Below, in pieces: positions 1 to 13,660 of a stretch of 64,000 nucleotides of DNA. The stretch covers positions 126,170,001-126,234,000 of the forward strand of contig OX597818.1 of the NCBI GenBank assembly GCA_951406725.2, in the 5' to 3' direction. The position numbers and the translations under genes are program-made. The DNA comes from Octopus vulgaris. Taxonomy: Eukaryota. Each line of letters opens with the position of its first letter. Position 1 is the stretch's first letter. The notes under the pieces were generated by a model. That model was not told where the DNA came from and ran no database searches. It worked only from the letters and a program-made list of their open reading frames with translations.

Positions 1-590
1 GTTGGTTATAAGGCTGCCGATGACGGTGTTGGTGGTATTGATGGTGGTGAATGCGTTGTTATTTTAGTTGATGTTTATGTTTGTAGTGGTGGTTTATAGT
101 GATGGTTAATGTGATGATGGTGATGATGATGATGATGATGACGACGATGATTGCGGTGGCGATGGTGTTGGCTCATTAACAGTGGTTGTGAAGGTGATAC
201 CAGAGTTATGGTGGTGTTGGTACTGGTAGTGGTGTTGACGGTATAGAGGTACTGCGGTGATGGAGGTGGTGGCGACTGTGATTGCGAAGATGGTGGTGGT
301 GATGGTTGAGTTGGTAGGGGTGATAGTGGTGAGGATAGTGTTGTTTGTAGTGAGAGTGGTGGTGATGGCGGGGGTAGTGGTGATGGTAACTGAGATGGTT
401 GCGCGGTGCGAGTATCGGTGGTGGTAATAGTGGTGAAGGTGGTGGTGGTGGTGTTTGAGATGGTTGTGATGAGAGCAGTATTAGTGGTATTGGTGGTAGT
501 AGTGATAGTGGCGGTAGTGGTGGTGGTAGTGATGGTGATGGTCATATTGATAGTGGGTGATAAATGATAGTAATGGCTTAGGATGTAGTG
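1..590. repeat. Degenerate (GGT/GAT/TAG)n low-complexity tract
   Basis: Continuous ggt/gat/agt triplet variants; source of the spurious Thr/His/Pro ORF 75..815. Confidence 0.9.
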
Positions 591-684
591 ACGGGTGTCT
601 GCAATGAATGTATTGCAAGGAGAGAGAATAGATTCAGTCTGTGAAGTGGGTGTCACGGACGGATTATGTGTATGTTTGCCTCTC

Positions 685-716
685 TGTGCGCGCGCGCGCG
701 TGTGGTGTGTGTGTAT

Positions 717-765
<49 letters not shown>

Positions 766-1460
766 TGTGTGTGTGTGCGTGCGTGAATGTGTGCACCTGT
801 ATTGAAATAGTGCATAAATCATGGTAACTAGTCCATAGTTTGAAAAGGTATGTACATTTTGCGACTGTGTTTGTGTGTTTGTGATTGTGTGTGTATGTGT
901 GTGTATGTGTGTATTGTGTGTGTATGTGAACGTGTGTTTTCTCCATGTGTATGCATGTGTGCGTGTATGTGTGCGCGTGTGTGCGTGTGTGCCTGTGCGT
1001 CCACGCATGTGTGCCTGTGTGCCGCTGTGTTTGTGTGCCTCTGTGTCTGTGTGTCAGTGCATAATTGTGTTTGTGCAGGCTTTAGAAGTTGATACTGTTT
1101 AAAACCTGAAGAGTCGTGTGAGTGCATATGTGTTTGTTTATGGTGTGTGTGTGTGTGAGTAGTTGTGTGTCCGTGTTCGTGTATGAGTATGCCTGTATGT
1201 GTGTGTGTGTTTGTTTGTTTGTTTGTGTATGTGTGGTGGGGTGTCTAATTGAGTTCGTGCAAGCTTCAAAAGGTAATACAGTTTGATCAAATGGTGTCAT
1301 GTGAGTGCCTATGTATTTGATAATGTGTCTTCATTGTGAGTATCTCCTCTCTCTCTCTCTCTCTCTCTCTCTGTGAGTTTGTGTGTGTAAGTTTGTGTGT
1401 GTGTGTGTGTGTATGTGTGTATTTGTGTGTGTGCGCGCGCATGTTTGTGCGTATTTGTAT
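685..1460. repeat. Compound (TG)n/(CT)n microsatellite field
   Basis: Pure and degenerate TG runs; (CT)n near 1347-1372. Confidence 0.9.
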
Positions 1461-1547
1461 TTGAAAATGATCATGTGTCAGAGTGTGGCTAAGGGTCTGC
1501 AATACTGTTTCTTTCACTGTCTATCCCTACATACATACGTACATATT

Positions 1548-1960
1548 CTCTTTCTCTTTTCTCTTTTACTTGTTTCAGTCATTTGACTGGGGCCATGCTG
1601 GAGCACCGCCTTTTAGTCGAGCAAATCGACCCCAGGACTTATTCTTTGTAAGCCCAGTACTTATCCTATCGGTCTCTTTTGCCGAACCGCTAAGTAACGG
1701 GGACGTAAACACACCAGCATCAGTTGTCAAGCGATGTTGGGGAGACAAACACAGACACACAAACACACACACATATATATATACATATATATATATACGA
1801 CGGGCTTCTTTCAGTTTCCGTCTACCAAATCCACTCACAAGGCTTTGGTCGGCCCGAGGCTATAGTAGAAGACACTTATCCAAGGTGCCACGCAGTGGGA
1901 CTGAACCCGGAACTGTGTGGTTGGTAAGTAAGCTACTTACCACACAGCCACTCCTGCGCC
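1548..1960 (-). mobile_element. tRNA-derived SINE family A, full length
   Basis: Minus strand: GGCGCAGGAGTGGCTGTGTGGTAAG (A-box-like), GGTTCAGTCCC (B-box-like), CORE-like CACCTTGGATAAGTGTCTT, internal (TA)n(TG)n, AAAAGAG tail; about 14 copies in window. Confidence 0.85.
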
Positions 1961-2592
1961 TATGTACACATATAAAGAAACACGTAAATACGCGCGCGCC
2001 GTACACACACATACACATATAATATAAACACAAACATATTACTATGTGTATATTTATATATATATGTAAACATACAATTTTTTAAGTATATTATCTTTAG
2101 TAGTAATTTGAATTTTTCCTATAATTACTGGTTTCTCAAAGAAACAAACCTCTTTTGATCTAAGAGAAAACTGCAGTGTAGTTGCATGTCGAACTGTAAT
2201 AAAGTCTTGCACATTTAAACAGTGCCGCTTATTGACTGAATTCATAATGTATGTGTTAGTTTTCCTCTTTATACTCGAAAATCCTTGCTATCTGAAATTA
2301 CCATCTACGCAGTAACATACCCAATATACCAATAAATATTTATCAATGTGGATTTTTTTTTAAATCTGAGAAGTGAAGATATATATATATATATTAGTTT
2401 GAAAATATAGTCACGAAACACGTGTAGTCTGTTTACTAATTATATACTATTTATCTATTTCGTACTTCATTTAGTTCTAGGTAAATGTTTTATCGTACCT
2501 TTAATTTTTTTCTATATGGTATGATTTAATTATATCATTGTTGAATTGCTACATGGTGGTTCTTCTCTAATTTATATTACATACATATATAC

Positions 2593-2681
<89 letters not shown>

Positions 2682-2800
2682 TGCATGCATGTATGTATGT
2701 ATGTATGTATATATGTAAGTATGTATGTATGTATGTATGTATGTATGTGTGTATATATGTATATATGTATGTATGTGCAGATTTGCGTGTTTTATGTATG

Positions 2801-3013
2801 TATTCTCTTGCATATAGTTGCATAAATAAACATGCCCATATATGTTTAAATGATAAACTTCTTGAAAGTTTTACAGATTTTTACAGTTCCAGTGATAGAT
2901 TGGATCTGTAGTCTTCGAATTAGCTTCCTTCTTTCTGGTTTTGAGAAGCCTAATGTCTCAAGATTGGTATTTAGGCAGTGTGTTACATATCCCAGGGCCA
3001 CAATAATTACAGG
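2801..3013 (-). mobile_element. 3' fragment of R4/Dong-type LINE within (TATG)n
   Basis: Aligns by eye to 43802-43999; both flanks are TATG repeats. Confidence 0.75.
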
Positions 3014-3174
3014 TATGTATGTATGTATGTATGTATGTATGTATGTATGTATGTATGTATTATGTATGTATATATGTATGTATGTATGTATGTGTGTGTG
3101 TATGTATGTATGTATGTATGTATGTATGTATATATGTATGTATGCATAAATATGAACTTCTATGTAATCGATGA

Positions 3175-3300
3175 GTATTCAGTTTATTTGAGCACACTAG
3201 AGCAACTTGAAATGACGTCTTTTAGTAAATTAATCACCACCCGGTCCAGGTGCCGAACCCACGACCTCAGGAACGTGAGCCCTAACCGTTAGGCCGCACA
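3175..3300 (-). mobile_element. Degenerate tRNA-head SINE fragment (family D-like)
   Basis: Minus strand GGCCTAACGGTTAGGG...GGTTCGGCACC followed by a degraded CORE-like stretch. Confidence 0.4.
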
Positions 3301-3347
<47 letters not shown>

Positions 3348-3915
3348 GCACACACACACACACACACACAAATATATACACATACACACATATACACACA
3401 TACACTACACGCACACGCACATATATCCACATAAACACTTATTGCCCTGAATCAAACAAAAGGGCTTTGTCACTTTGCTGCTTATCGCCCCTTTTTATGC
3501 GATCAGAATCGAGGATCACATAGGATTACTTATGGCGGTGAACAACATTTTGGTGTTATTCTTGTTTGGTAAATGACTCGGTTTGAAATCTTGTGCTGAT
3601 ATGGAAACAATGATATTGTGGAAGGTTCATTCTAGCTATTTAAATCTCTTATATAAACATGTGTTATATTAATTTTATCTATATTTCTTAATAATACTGT
3701 TTACTATGAGGTGCCAAAAAGTTTCATCGTACTTCTGTGAGCTGGTCATTGGCACAATTGCACTTCATTGCAAATATTTAGTTGGATTTCCTCCACAGAA
3801 TGCGATATGTAGCTGCAACTGCTTACGTTTTGAGTACAAATCCCGCTGAATTAGATTTGGTTTTTTGTTCCAGGATCGATAAAAATAAAAGAACACTTGA
3901 GTAGGTAAATCGATA

Positions 3916-4006
3916 TATAACAAACCCTCGACTATCGCGGGTGTTACGTTCCAAAACCCTCGGTGATAGGTGAAAATCCGTGAAGTAGAAACAGCACTGT
4001 ATATTC

Positions 4007-4066
<60 letters not shown>

Positions 4067-4074
4067 CATTATTA

Positions 4075-4120
<46 letters not shown>

Positions 4121-4127
4121 CATCATC

Positions 4128-4174
<47 letters not shown>

Positions 4175-4212
4175 TATCATTATTATCATTATTATTATTA
4201 TTATTATTATCA

Positions 4213-4267
<55 letters not shown>

Positions 4268-4335
4268 CATCATCATCATCATTATTATTATTATTATCAT
4301 TATTATCATTATTATTATTATCATCATCATCATCA

Positions 4336-4367
<32 letters not shown>

Positions 4368-4477
4368 TGTATATATTTATTTTATTATAAATGCAAAACA
4401 GCAGCACAGAGGAATCGACGTAAGCTTAAATAATAAACCGCGATAGGTGAACCGCGATATGGTGAGGGAGTGCTGTA
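3916..4477. mobile_element. Tigger/pogo-like MITE containing a ~360-bp (ATT/ATC)n expansion
   Basis: Imperfect terminal inverted repeats AAACCCTCGACTATCGCGG and CCGCGATATGGTGAGGGAGTGCTGTA; subterminal GATAGGTGAA at both ends; microsatellite 4008-4367. Confidence 0.65.
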
Positions 4478-4757
4478 GTCGACTCTACCACTCAGTCAAA
4501 ATTGTGGTCGTGTATCTGTGTCGTAAATAATTATGTAAACATTACTACTTGTTTCATTGAGTCTCATTCAAGCGTTCGAATTTTGAGCCACTCCGTGAAA
4601 CAACAAGGAGCAACAGGAAACCCCACCAATGTTTTCTTCAATTTGGTAACATAAACATATAGACACACACATACGCAGATATGCACAGGCGCACACATAC
4701 TCAGACATACACATGCTCAGACACACACAAGTATTCTTGCTCTTGCATTGATAGCGA

Positions 4758-4795
<38 letters not shown>

Positions 4796-5355
4796 AATGA
4801 ATGTATGCATGTATCTAAATTTGTGGTGATTATAAATTTTGAGATCTGAGGTCAAGTAGGTTTAATAAGATATTCAGAGTTCATTAAGGGTATGTTTTCT
4901 GGGTGGATAGAGATTGAGAATTAATTTGCGCTCTTTACGGTCGTCAATTCGTTTTGAGAAAATTTCCATGTTTGATCCCTTAACATATCCACATATCCTG
5001 CCTTAACTGAGGCACACCCTACACAGCAACTTCCATTCCTATAAACACCAACACATTTATTCCAGCCTACACACTAACACCATGATCATACCCATACCCA
5101 TACACATTTACAAGAAGATATGCACACGTGTACCCAAATATAAGCAATGACAAAAATAAATATGAATAAAATCTTCGCAAAAATATACTTTGTATACTAG
5201 ACACAGCCACATACTCATACACATTTAAATATCTTTCTCTCAGTGGATGTCTACGTGCGTTTGCGTGTATGTATGCTTTGATGTATCTAAGAATATTTAT
5301 GTATCTAAGAATATACGTATGATCGCATACACACACATACACACACACATATATA

Positions 5356-5586
5356 GGCGGTGAGCTGGCAGAAACGTTAGCACGCCGGGCGAAATGCGTA
5401 GCCGTATTTCGTCTGCTGCTACGTTCTGAGTTCAAATTCCGCCGAGGACGACTTTGCCTTTCATCCTTTCGGGGTCGATTAAATAAATACCAGTTACGCA
5501 CTGGGGTCGATATAATCGACTTAATCCGTTTGTCTGTCCTTGTTTGTCCCCTTTGTGTTTAGCCCCTTGTGGGTAGTAAAGAAATA
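5356..5586 (+). mobile_element. tRNA-derived SINE family B (tail type 1)
   Basis: GGCGGTGAGCTGGCAGAA head, GAGTTCAAATTCC B box, conserved GCCTTTCATCCTTTCGGGGTCGAT central domain, tail ending TTTAGCCCCTTGTGGGTAGTAAAGAAATA. Confidence 0.85.
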
Positions 5587-5606
5587 TATATATATACATA
5601 TATATG

Positions 5607-5932
5607 ATTATAATAAAGGGTTTTTTTGCCACAAGTTGCTTAAACCACATACCGAAAATATTAGAAATAGCAGTCAAAGGGCTACTATTACTATTACTAC
5701 AAAAATAAGTCTCCACAAACAACAGTATTTGTGACTCATATATGGTAAAAGAAGAAAGGAAAACAACGATACCACACAGTCTTTTCTTCTTTTACCATAT
5801 ATGAGTTACAAATACTGTTGTTTGTGGAGACTTATTTTCGTAGTAATAGTAATAGTAGCCCTTTGACTGCTATTTCTAATATTTTCGGTATGTGGTTTAA
5901 GCAACTTGTTGCAAAAAACCTTTTATTATAAT
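5607..5932. repeat. Fold-back inverted repeat, ~150-bp arms, 25-bp spacer
   Basis: 5607-5757 is the reverse complement of 5783-5932 with few mismatches. Confidence 0.9.
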
Positions 5933-6190
5933 TATATAATTTTTTACCTATATGGTCCTTTCCATACCGAAATACTACTAGGTGAAATTTATTGATTTTA
6001 TTAAATTAATTATATTTCACTCTTTAAGCAGTCCATAGAATATACAAAAGACAACTTTCGGGAACAGTAGTGGTTTATTGGCGGAGATGATTGTTAATTT
6101 TCCCCGCATCGTATTATGATAAGCTGAAAAAAGTTTATTTTATAGCTCTCTGTTACGAACTGGGGTTGTTTTATATGCGAATAAACACCC

Positions 6191-6487
6191 AAAAATTAGG
6201 GAATGGAGTAGATAAAATCCAGCCTAGACGTTTTAGAGCTAGCGGAAACTCGGAAATAGTAATTATCCAAACGAGGAGTAGACCGCAAACTACACTTCAG
6301 GTTAAGAATATCTTGATTATACGAAGTTTCCATTGTTATTGGGAGATCCCGTGTTAACTCGCAGGGGATTCGATCGAACACCCAGCGAATTAACACGGGA
6401 CCTCCTCGAGAGTAGTAATTGCACCGCTTGCTTTGAAATATATGTAGCCTGGGTCGTTGTTTCTACTCTATTCCTTAATTTTAGTGT
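6191..6487. repeat. Diverged inverted repeat enclosing a ~65-bp hairpin
   Basis: AAAATTAGGGAATGGAGTAGA vs TCTACTCTATTCCTTAATTTT; internal GGAGATCCCGTGTTAACTCGC / GCGAATTAACACGGGACCTCC at 6342-6405. Confidence 0.7.
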
Positions 6488-6489
6488 GT

Positions 6490-6539
<50 letters not shown>

Positions 6540-6552
6540 ACATACATACATG

Positions 6553-6630
<78 letters not shown>

Positions 6631-6636
6631 TATATA

Positions 6637-6725
6637 AAGTTAATCCAAACAAGAAAACAAAAAAGACAACAACGCAAGGATGTGGAACAAAAAAAGTATT
6701 ATTGGACACTCAGGAAAGAAGGAAG

Positions 6726-6730
<5 letters not shown>
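6637..6730 (-). mobile_element. Tail-only copy of the hammerhead-bearing short element, in (TA)n
   Basis: Highly similar to 53467-53560 (AGTTAATCCAAACAAGAAAACA...GGATGTGGAACAAAAA...CTCAGGAAAGAAGG). Confidence 0.75.
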
Positions 6731-6767
<37 letters not shown>

Positions 6768-7362
6768 TGAAGTTGTTTTCATCTCAATCGATGTAATTCT
6801 TTAGTTCCGGATAATGGCGTACTATTAGTAATTAATTCTCTTAATCATATATACTCTAAGACTACATTCTTCAGTTTGTTCATGCGTTTTAAAGGTGTGG
6901 CATTGTAGGGATTTTGTGACAGGTAAGCAATAATTATTTGGCTCAATTTACTCCTCATGTGTACCATCAAAATCCTTCTTCATGAAGAGCTGTGAGCTGT
7001 ATCTGCTCCTAACGGAACGAACGAGCAAGTGCTTTCCATAAGGCGATAATAACCTCGTAACAATAATAAAGATTTTTTCAGATACAACCTAAAGGGAAAT
7101 TCCCGTGGATTAGACGTAAGGACTATTAACACAACGAAGCAGGGTGTATGTTTATTAAACGTATCCATATGGACTTTTTACAAAATATCGACATACATGC
7201 AAACTCAGACTTTTTTTTATTTAAGACACACTTCCACTGAATGTACGCATGTATTTATGTATGCATGAAATACACACACACACAGAGCGAGAGAGAGAGA
7301 GAGAGAGAGAGAGAAGGATACATACATATGTCTAACTATATCATTATCTATCTATCTGTCTG

Positions 7363-7447
<85 letters not shown>

Positions 7448-8090
7448 TAGAATTCTGTAAATAGATATATACCTACATGAGCATGTGTGTATGTGTGTAT
7501 GTGTGTGTGATATATATATATATATATGTGTGTGTGTGTATATATGCGTGCGCGTGTGCTAATATGCCAATAACCAAACATGTGTTTATAAACTATGTAA
7601 TTAAAGGTATATCACAGCTTAATATATATGAGTGTATCGGAATACGGACCGGATGTACTGCAGATGTTAGCCATATTGTGTTCTGTTTCACATCCACTTA
7701 GTCCCACTAACATACATACATACATACATCCGTCGAATACCTGCATGAATAGGATGATAACGGGAATGAATTTCTTTTATATAACCTCCTCTGATGCATA
7801 TATAGACACATACAAATGGACGCTCAAACTCACACCCAAACACACGCGCGCGCACATTCGCTTACTTAGCAAATAGAAAATCTTAATTGCAAAATCTAAG
7901 AAAGAAAAGTGTAATCGACATCTGTTGAAACGGAAACAGTCTATCTTATGTATGTATGTATGTATGTATGTATGTATGTATGTATGTATGTATGTATGTA
8001 TGCATGTATGTATGTACGCATATATGCATGCATGTATGCAAGTATATGCATGCGTTTATGGTTGTATATATATATATACATACATATATA

Positions 8091-8124
<34 letters not shown>

Positions 8125-8157
8125 TGTATGTATATGCATGCATATATATGTAAATGC

Positions 8158-8214
<57 letters not shown>

Positions 8215-8449
8215 TGTGTGAAGGCGCATGGCTCAGTGTGTGTGTGTGTATGTGTATATATATATTTATATATGCGCAAAACAATATATAAATATAGCAA
8301 TATATAAGTATATTCCCACATATATAAATACATTTTTGCGAATGTACATATATGCATCAATAAAAATATACCGACGTATATACATGCTTAAACTCGCTGA
8401 TCAACATATGCGCTCGTAACATAAATACACAACCTTATAAAGTATAAGA

Positions 8450-8508
<59 letters not shown>

Positions 8509-8627
8509 AGTAAATAATTTCTATAAAGGTTTTTAAAAAAACCACAATTATTTACTGGTAGAATTCGTTATGTAAATATAGCCGATTACCGGCAGGAACT
8601 TCTGTAAAGTTCAGTATATATATATTG

Positions 8628-8773
<146 letters not shown>

Positions 8774-8870
8774 CAGACAGACACACATGCTCATCCGCAG
8801 GCATAGATTGGCATAGACATACAGATACATATATACATGCATTCATATAGGGATATTAGAGCATTTACCT

Positions 8871-9273
<403 letters not shown>

Positions 9274-9700
9274 GTTACTTAAGAAATCTGAAGCAACATA
9301 TTCCACTGCACATATCCAGATGGCCACCTATGCTTCTGGTTCCTTGTTAAATATGCACATATATAACACCCTCTTGAAAAACAAAAAAATCATCTTTTTG
9401 CATGATTGAGTTACACGAATGCATTTATTGTCCATCAGTATCATATAAATACAAATAACCTCGCTAGAAAAATCCAATAACCATTTATAATAACATAGTT
9501 AACTCATTCCCATCCTTACCAAACTACGCAGTTTGAAATTCCTTAATAGAAATCTAATAACTTAACAAACATTCAACTTTGGTCTGATCTGTACTGTGTG
9601 ACCAACAGATTTATCTACATTTTTGTGGAGAAATCTAAAACAAATAAAAGGCAACTTTTTATACAAAGAATAATATTGTAACTTGAATGTCACACACCTA

Positions 9701-10951
9701 CGAGAGTCGGCTGTAGATTTCATAAGCTGACTAAGTTTGTCTCATGTAACGTGACCAAATGATGTTTATTTTTAGGCATAGTCCCCCTTGCATCGTTGCT
9801 TGCATAGTCCATCTCCCATCGGTGCTGCACTACTTGGATCTTGTTGGTAAAAAAAATTTCTTCCTGTTGATCAAAAACCGCCAACAGCAGATATGACATC
9901 ATCATCACTGTAAGATTGGTTCCAACCAAGTTTTTTTGTTTTTCATATTGGGGAAGATATGATAGTCAGATAAGGCCAAATCAGGAGAATAGGGAGGGTG
10001 ATCAACCACTTCAAAGCCAAAGTCAGTAAGGCAGCCATTGAAAGCATGGACTTGTGTGCTGGAGTATTGACTTGATGAAACAAGACCCCTTTTGTCAATT
10101 TCCCAGGTCGTTTGGTCTTGATAGCCATTCGCAACTGCCTCAGCAAGTGATGGGCGATCCTTTTGAAGATAGTCAATAAACATAATGTTTTTTGCATCTC
10201 AAAAGAATGAGACCATCACCTTCACTGCAGATGAAGCATGCTTGGCATTCTTTGGAGCAAGTGTAGAGGGGTGTTTCCACTGCATGGATTGTCTCGTTAT
10301 CTCAAAGTGATGACGCGAATACTCACCCTGGCTTAGGAAACGTTCAAGTAAAGCAGCTGGTTCAGCCTCAAGCAATGTCAGATTTTCTTGAGATGTGGTC
10401 AGCCTGGTGCGCCTTTGATGAAGTGAGATGTGGCGCACAACGAGCAAAAACCTTCGTCATGTCAATTTCATCATGCAGAATATTTTCAATTCCTTTTATT
10501 AGCATTGGCTATTTGATCTATAGTCAGTCATCTGTCATCCATCACCATGTGGGGAACACAGTCAATGTTTTCCTCGGTGGTGGGAGTTGCAGGACGTCCT
10601 GACCTTCAAGACTCTCCCTTCCCATGCTAAATTCAGTTGCCTGCAACTGTACTGTTGATAAAGCAATGAGCGTCATCACTTAATGTAGCAACTATGCCAG
10701 AATGAATGTCGTTGGGAGATAAACCTTCTTTCTACTTGTCCTTGATACCACCACAATGCCAAGTCTCTTGTCCGTTTCAAGAGGGGTCGCAACAAGTTAC
10801 TTTTGAAGTCTTCATTGAACAGTCAGATGTCAGTTTGTCTGGAAAGAAAACATGCAGTTATTAAGAAGAGTTGAAAATAGTGCAAGCAAGATTTCGCAGA
10901 TCTAGCACCAATCCTTCATAGGCAGCCTATCAACTTTTAAGCCCACCCTTG
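9701..10951 (-). mobile_element. Degenerate full-length mariner transposon (transposase pseudogene)
   Basis: TA-flanked imperfect TIRs (CGAGAGTCGGCTG.. / ..AAGCCCACCCTTG), 1.25 kb; frameshifted peptides DHPPYSPDLALSDYHIFPNMK, QSMQWKHPS..KVMVSFF, VFARCAPHL (degenerate WVPHL). Confidence 0.9.
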
Positions 10952-11374
10952 TAAATTTGACACATCTGTTTATAAAATTTAATTTCCCACATGACTGAAC
11001 CCTAAACTATAAAAAGATTCCTAAATCAAACCCAAATAAATCATTTCACCATAACCTATCAACCAAAAATCTACAAGCATACTTTCTTCCTATCCTCCTT
11101 TATCCACCTTACTACACAACCACTTCTTTGATCTACTTACGTCACATGTAATTATCATTTTATATAGCTCCGTCTACCTATTTCATTATGCCGGCTACCG
11201 TCTAATGATATTGACTAGCTAGATTGACTTTCATACTGGCAAGAAGGGAAAAATATCCCTCAGTGATTCATCCAATAATGCAGTATCCCTTGATGAAATG
11301 AATCAAGGATAATGATCAACCGGATGCCCACGGATAATACGGACTATGCTCTATTAATCCGAAGGATACTGACT

Positions 11375-11412
11375 CTGATGAAAAAATCATGTGATTTGTG
11401 GAAACGTGCGTA
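11375..11412 (+). ncRNA. Hammerhead-ribozyme-like core (degenerate)
   Basis: CTGATGA, stem AAATCA/TGATTT, GAAAC GTGC GT A; stem I not convincing. Confidence 0.4.
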
Positions 11413-11460
11413 GCAATGTATGAAATATTTACAAATTCCATCATAGAACTATTGTTATTA

Positions 11461-11519
11461 TACTCTTTTATTCTTTTACTTGTTTCATTCATTTGACTGC
11501 GACCATGCTAGAGCACCGT
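11461..11519 (-). mobile_element. SINE family A tail fragment
   Basis: CTTTTACTTGTTTCATTCATTTGACTGCGACCATGCTAGAGCACCG. Confidence 0.7.
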
Positions 11520-11633
11520 CTGTATATATATGGGGCAGCTGGTGATGGAAGTATGTTGGATTGTTGGAATGGCTGTTTTTGTATATGTAGAATAGTGTTA
11601 TAATACATCCTTTTGATATATATACATACACAC

Positions 11634-11671
<38 letters not shown>

Positions 11672-11718
11672 GTTGTCGAGCGGTTACTGTTTACATCTCG
11701 TTCAGAGATATATTATTG

Positions 11719-11768
<50 letters not shown>

Positions 11769-11819
11769 AAGAGTATGTACCCTGCCCCCACATATATATG
11801 CAAGTATAATACGGTTTTG

Positions 11820-11927
<108 letters not shown>

Positions 11928-12275
11928 CACACACACACTTACATATATGTGTGTGTGTCGGTGTTTGTCTTGTTGTAACTTTTTTTTTATACATGCAATA
12001 TGTTTTTTTCAGCATCCTCGGAAATAACCTGCAGGAAGGAAACGACGTAGATGTTTGCGTATCTCCGTCTCAATCACAAAGCAAAAAGCATTACAAAACA
12101 AAATAAGGAAAGGAAAATATTTAAAAGCAAAAGAAAAGAAGAGAAACACAATTAAGTGTTAGCAGTAACTATAATTACTTCGGTTTATCACAGATTATAT
12201 AAGATTTCTTATCTAACGGAGTGAGAGAGAAAGTGAAAAGGAGAGAGAATGAAAGAGAGTGAGAGAAAGAAAGAA

Positions 12276-12321
<46 letters not shown>

Positions 12322-12445
12322 CGTCTGGGCGAATGTATGCGTAGGTGCATACAATCTAAATAACGGCCATCTTTAACAGATATTGGCGGATTAAATGTCG
12401 CATTTTCCTGTCCGGAGCTTATGATAGACTTACATGAAAATATAT

Positions 12446-12660
12446 CCGAGCAGGCAGGATCGTTAAAGCGTCGTCGGTAAAATTGCTTGGCGGCATTCGT
12501 TAATCGACTCTTTACGTTCTGAATTCAAATCGCGCCGAGGTCAATTTAGTCTTTCATCCTTTCAAGGTCGATGAAATAAAGTATCAGTAAAATACTCAAG
12601 TGAGTTGTATCGTCTACTGCCCACCTCCTTCGAAATTGTTGGCCTTGTGCCAAAATTTCA
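12446..12660 (+). mobile_element. SINE family B, diverged (tail type 2)
   Basis: GAATTCAAATCGCGCCGAGGTC, CTTTCATCCTTTCAAGGTCGAT, tail GGCCTTGTGCCAAAATTT. Confidence 0.7.
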
Positions 12661-12844
12661 ATGCATCGTTAATGTTGAATTCGTATTCAGATCTAGCACT
12701 GTTGTGAGTGGTTGTTTACTTGTTTGTTTGTTTGCTTCTTTCTTTCTTTCTTTATCCTTTCCTTTCGTTTTTCTTTCTTTTTTTTTCACTTTTTTTTAGA
12801 TAAATTAATTTCTTTTAAAAATGTGGTAAATCATTCTTTGATGG

Positions 12845-12927
<83 letters not shown>

Positions 12928-13076
12928 ACTTTTTCCCCCTTTATTTTCATATGGGTATTCATTATGTTTGCCTGATGAAGTTTTGTCAAAATGTGAAGAA
13001 AAGAGCTAATAAGGTTAGGACTTTATAAACATTTATTTAGTTGAATTATACACAAGTACTTCCGTGCAATTAGTAT

Positions 13077-13233
13077 AGGAGTGGCTATGTCGTAAGAAGC
13101 TTGCTCCGTAACTACATGGTTCCCTATTCAGTCCCACTGCATGGCAACTTGGGCAAGTGTCTTATACTATAGCCTGGGATCGATCAAAGCCTTGTGAATG
13201 GATTTGGTAGACGGAAACTGAAAGAAGCCCGTC

Positions 13234-13268
<35 letters not shown>

Positions 13269-13484
13269 TGTCTGCCTGTGTTTGTCCCCCCTCGATTGCT
13301 TGGCAACTGATGTTGGTGTGTTTATGTCCCCGTAACTTCGCGGTTCGGCAAAACAGACCGATAGAATAAGTACTAGGCTTACAAAGAATAAGTCCTGGGG
13401 TCGATTTGTTTGACTAAAAGTGGTGCTCCAGTATGGCTGCAGTCAAATGACTGAAACAAATAATAGAATAAAAGAATGAAAGAA
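13077..13484 (+). mobile_element. SINE family A
   Basis: Head, CORE-like segment, internal (TA)n and tail collinear with other copies. Confidence 0.85.
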
Positions 13485-13660
13485 TATATATACTTCGCTT
13501 TTCTATCTTTGTATTTAGTTTGCAAGATTCTTTATGTGAAGTCGTGTGTTGAAACAAATTTTCTTGTTTCTAGGGAGTCATTATGCCAATACAATCAACA
13601 CTGGTTCAATTTCACTCCTTTATTATTAGTCATTTTGTTAAACAGTCAGCTAATTGATTA

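Noticed and set aside
2398-2430. GAAAC ACGT GTA hammerhead-like half
   Set aside because: No CTGANGA, stem II or stem I can be drawn convincingly.
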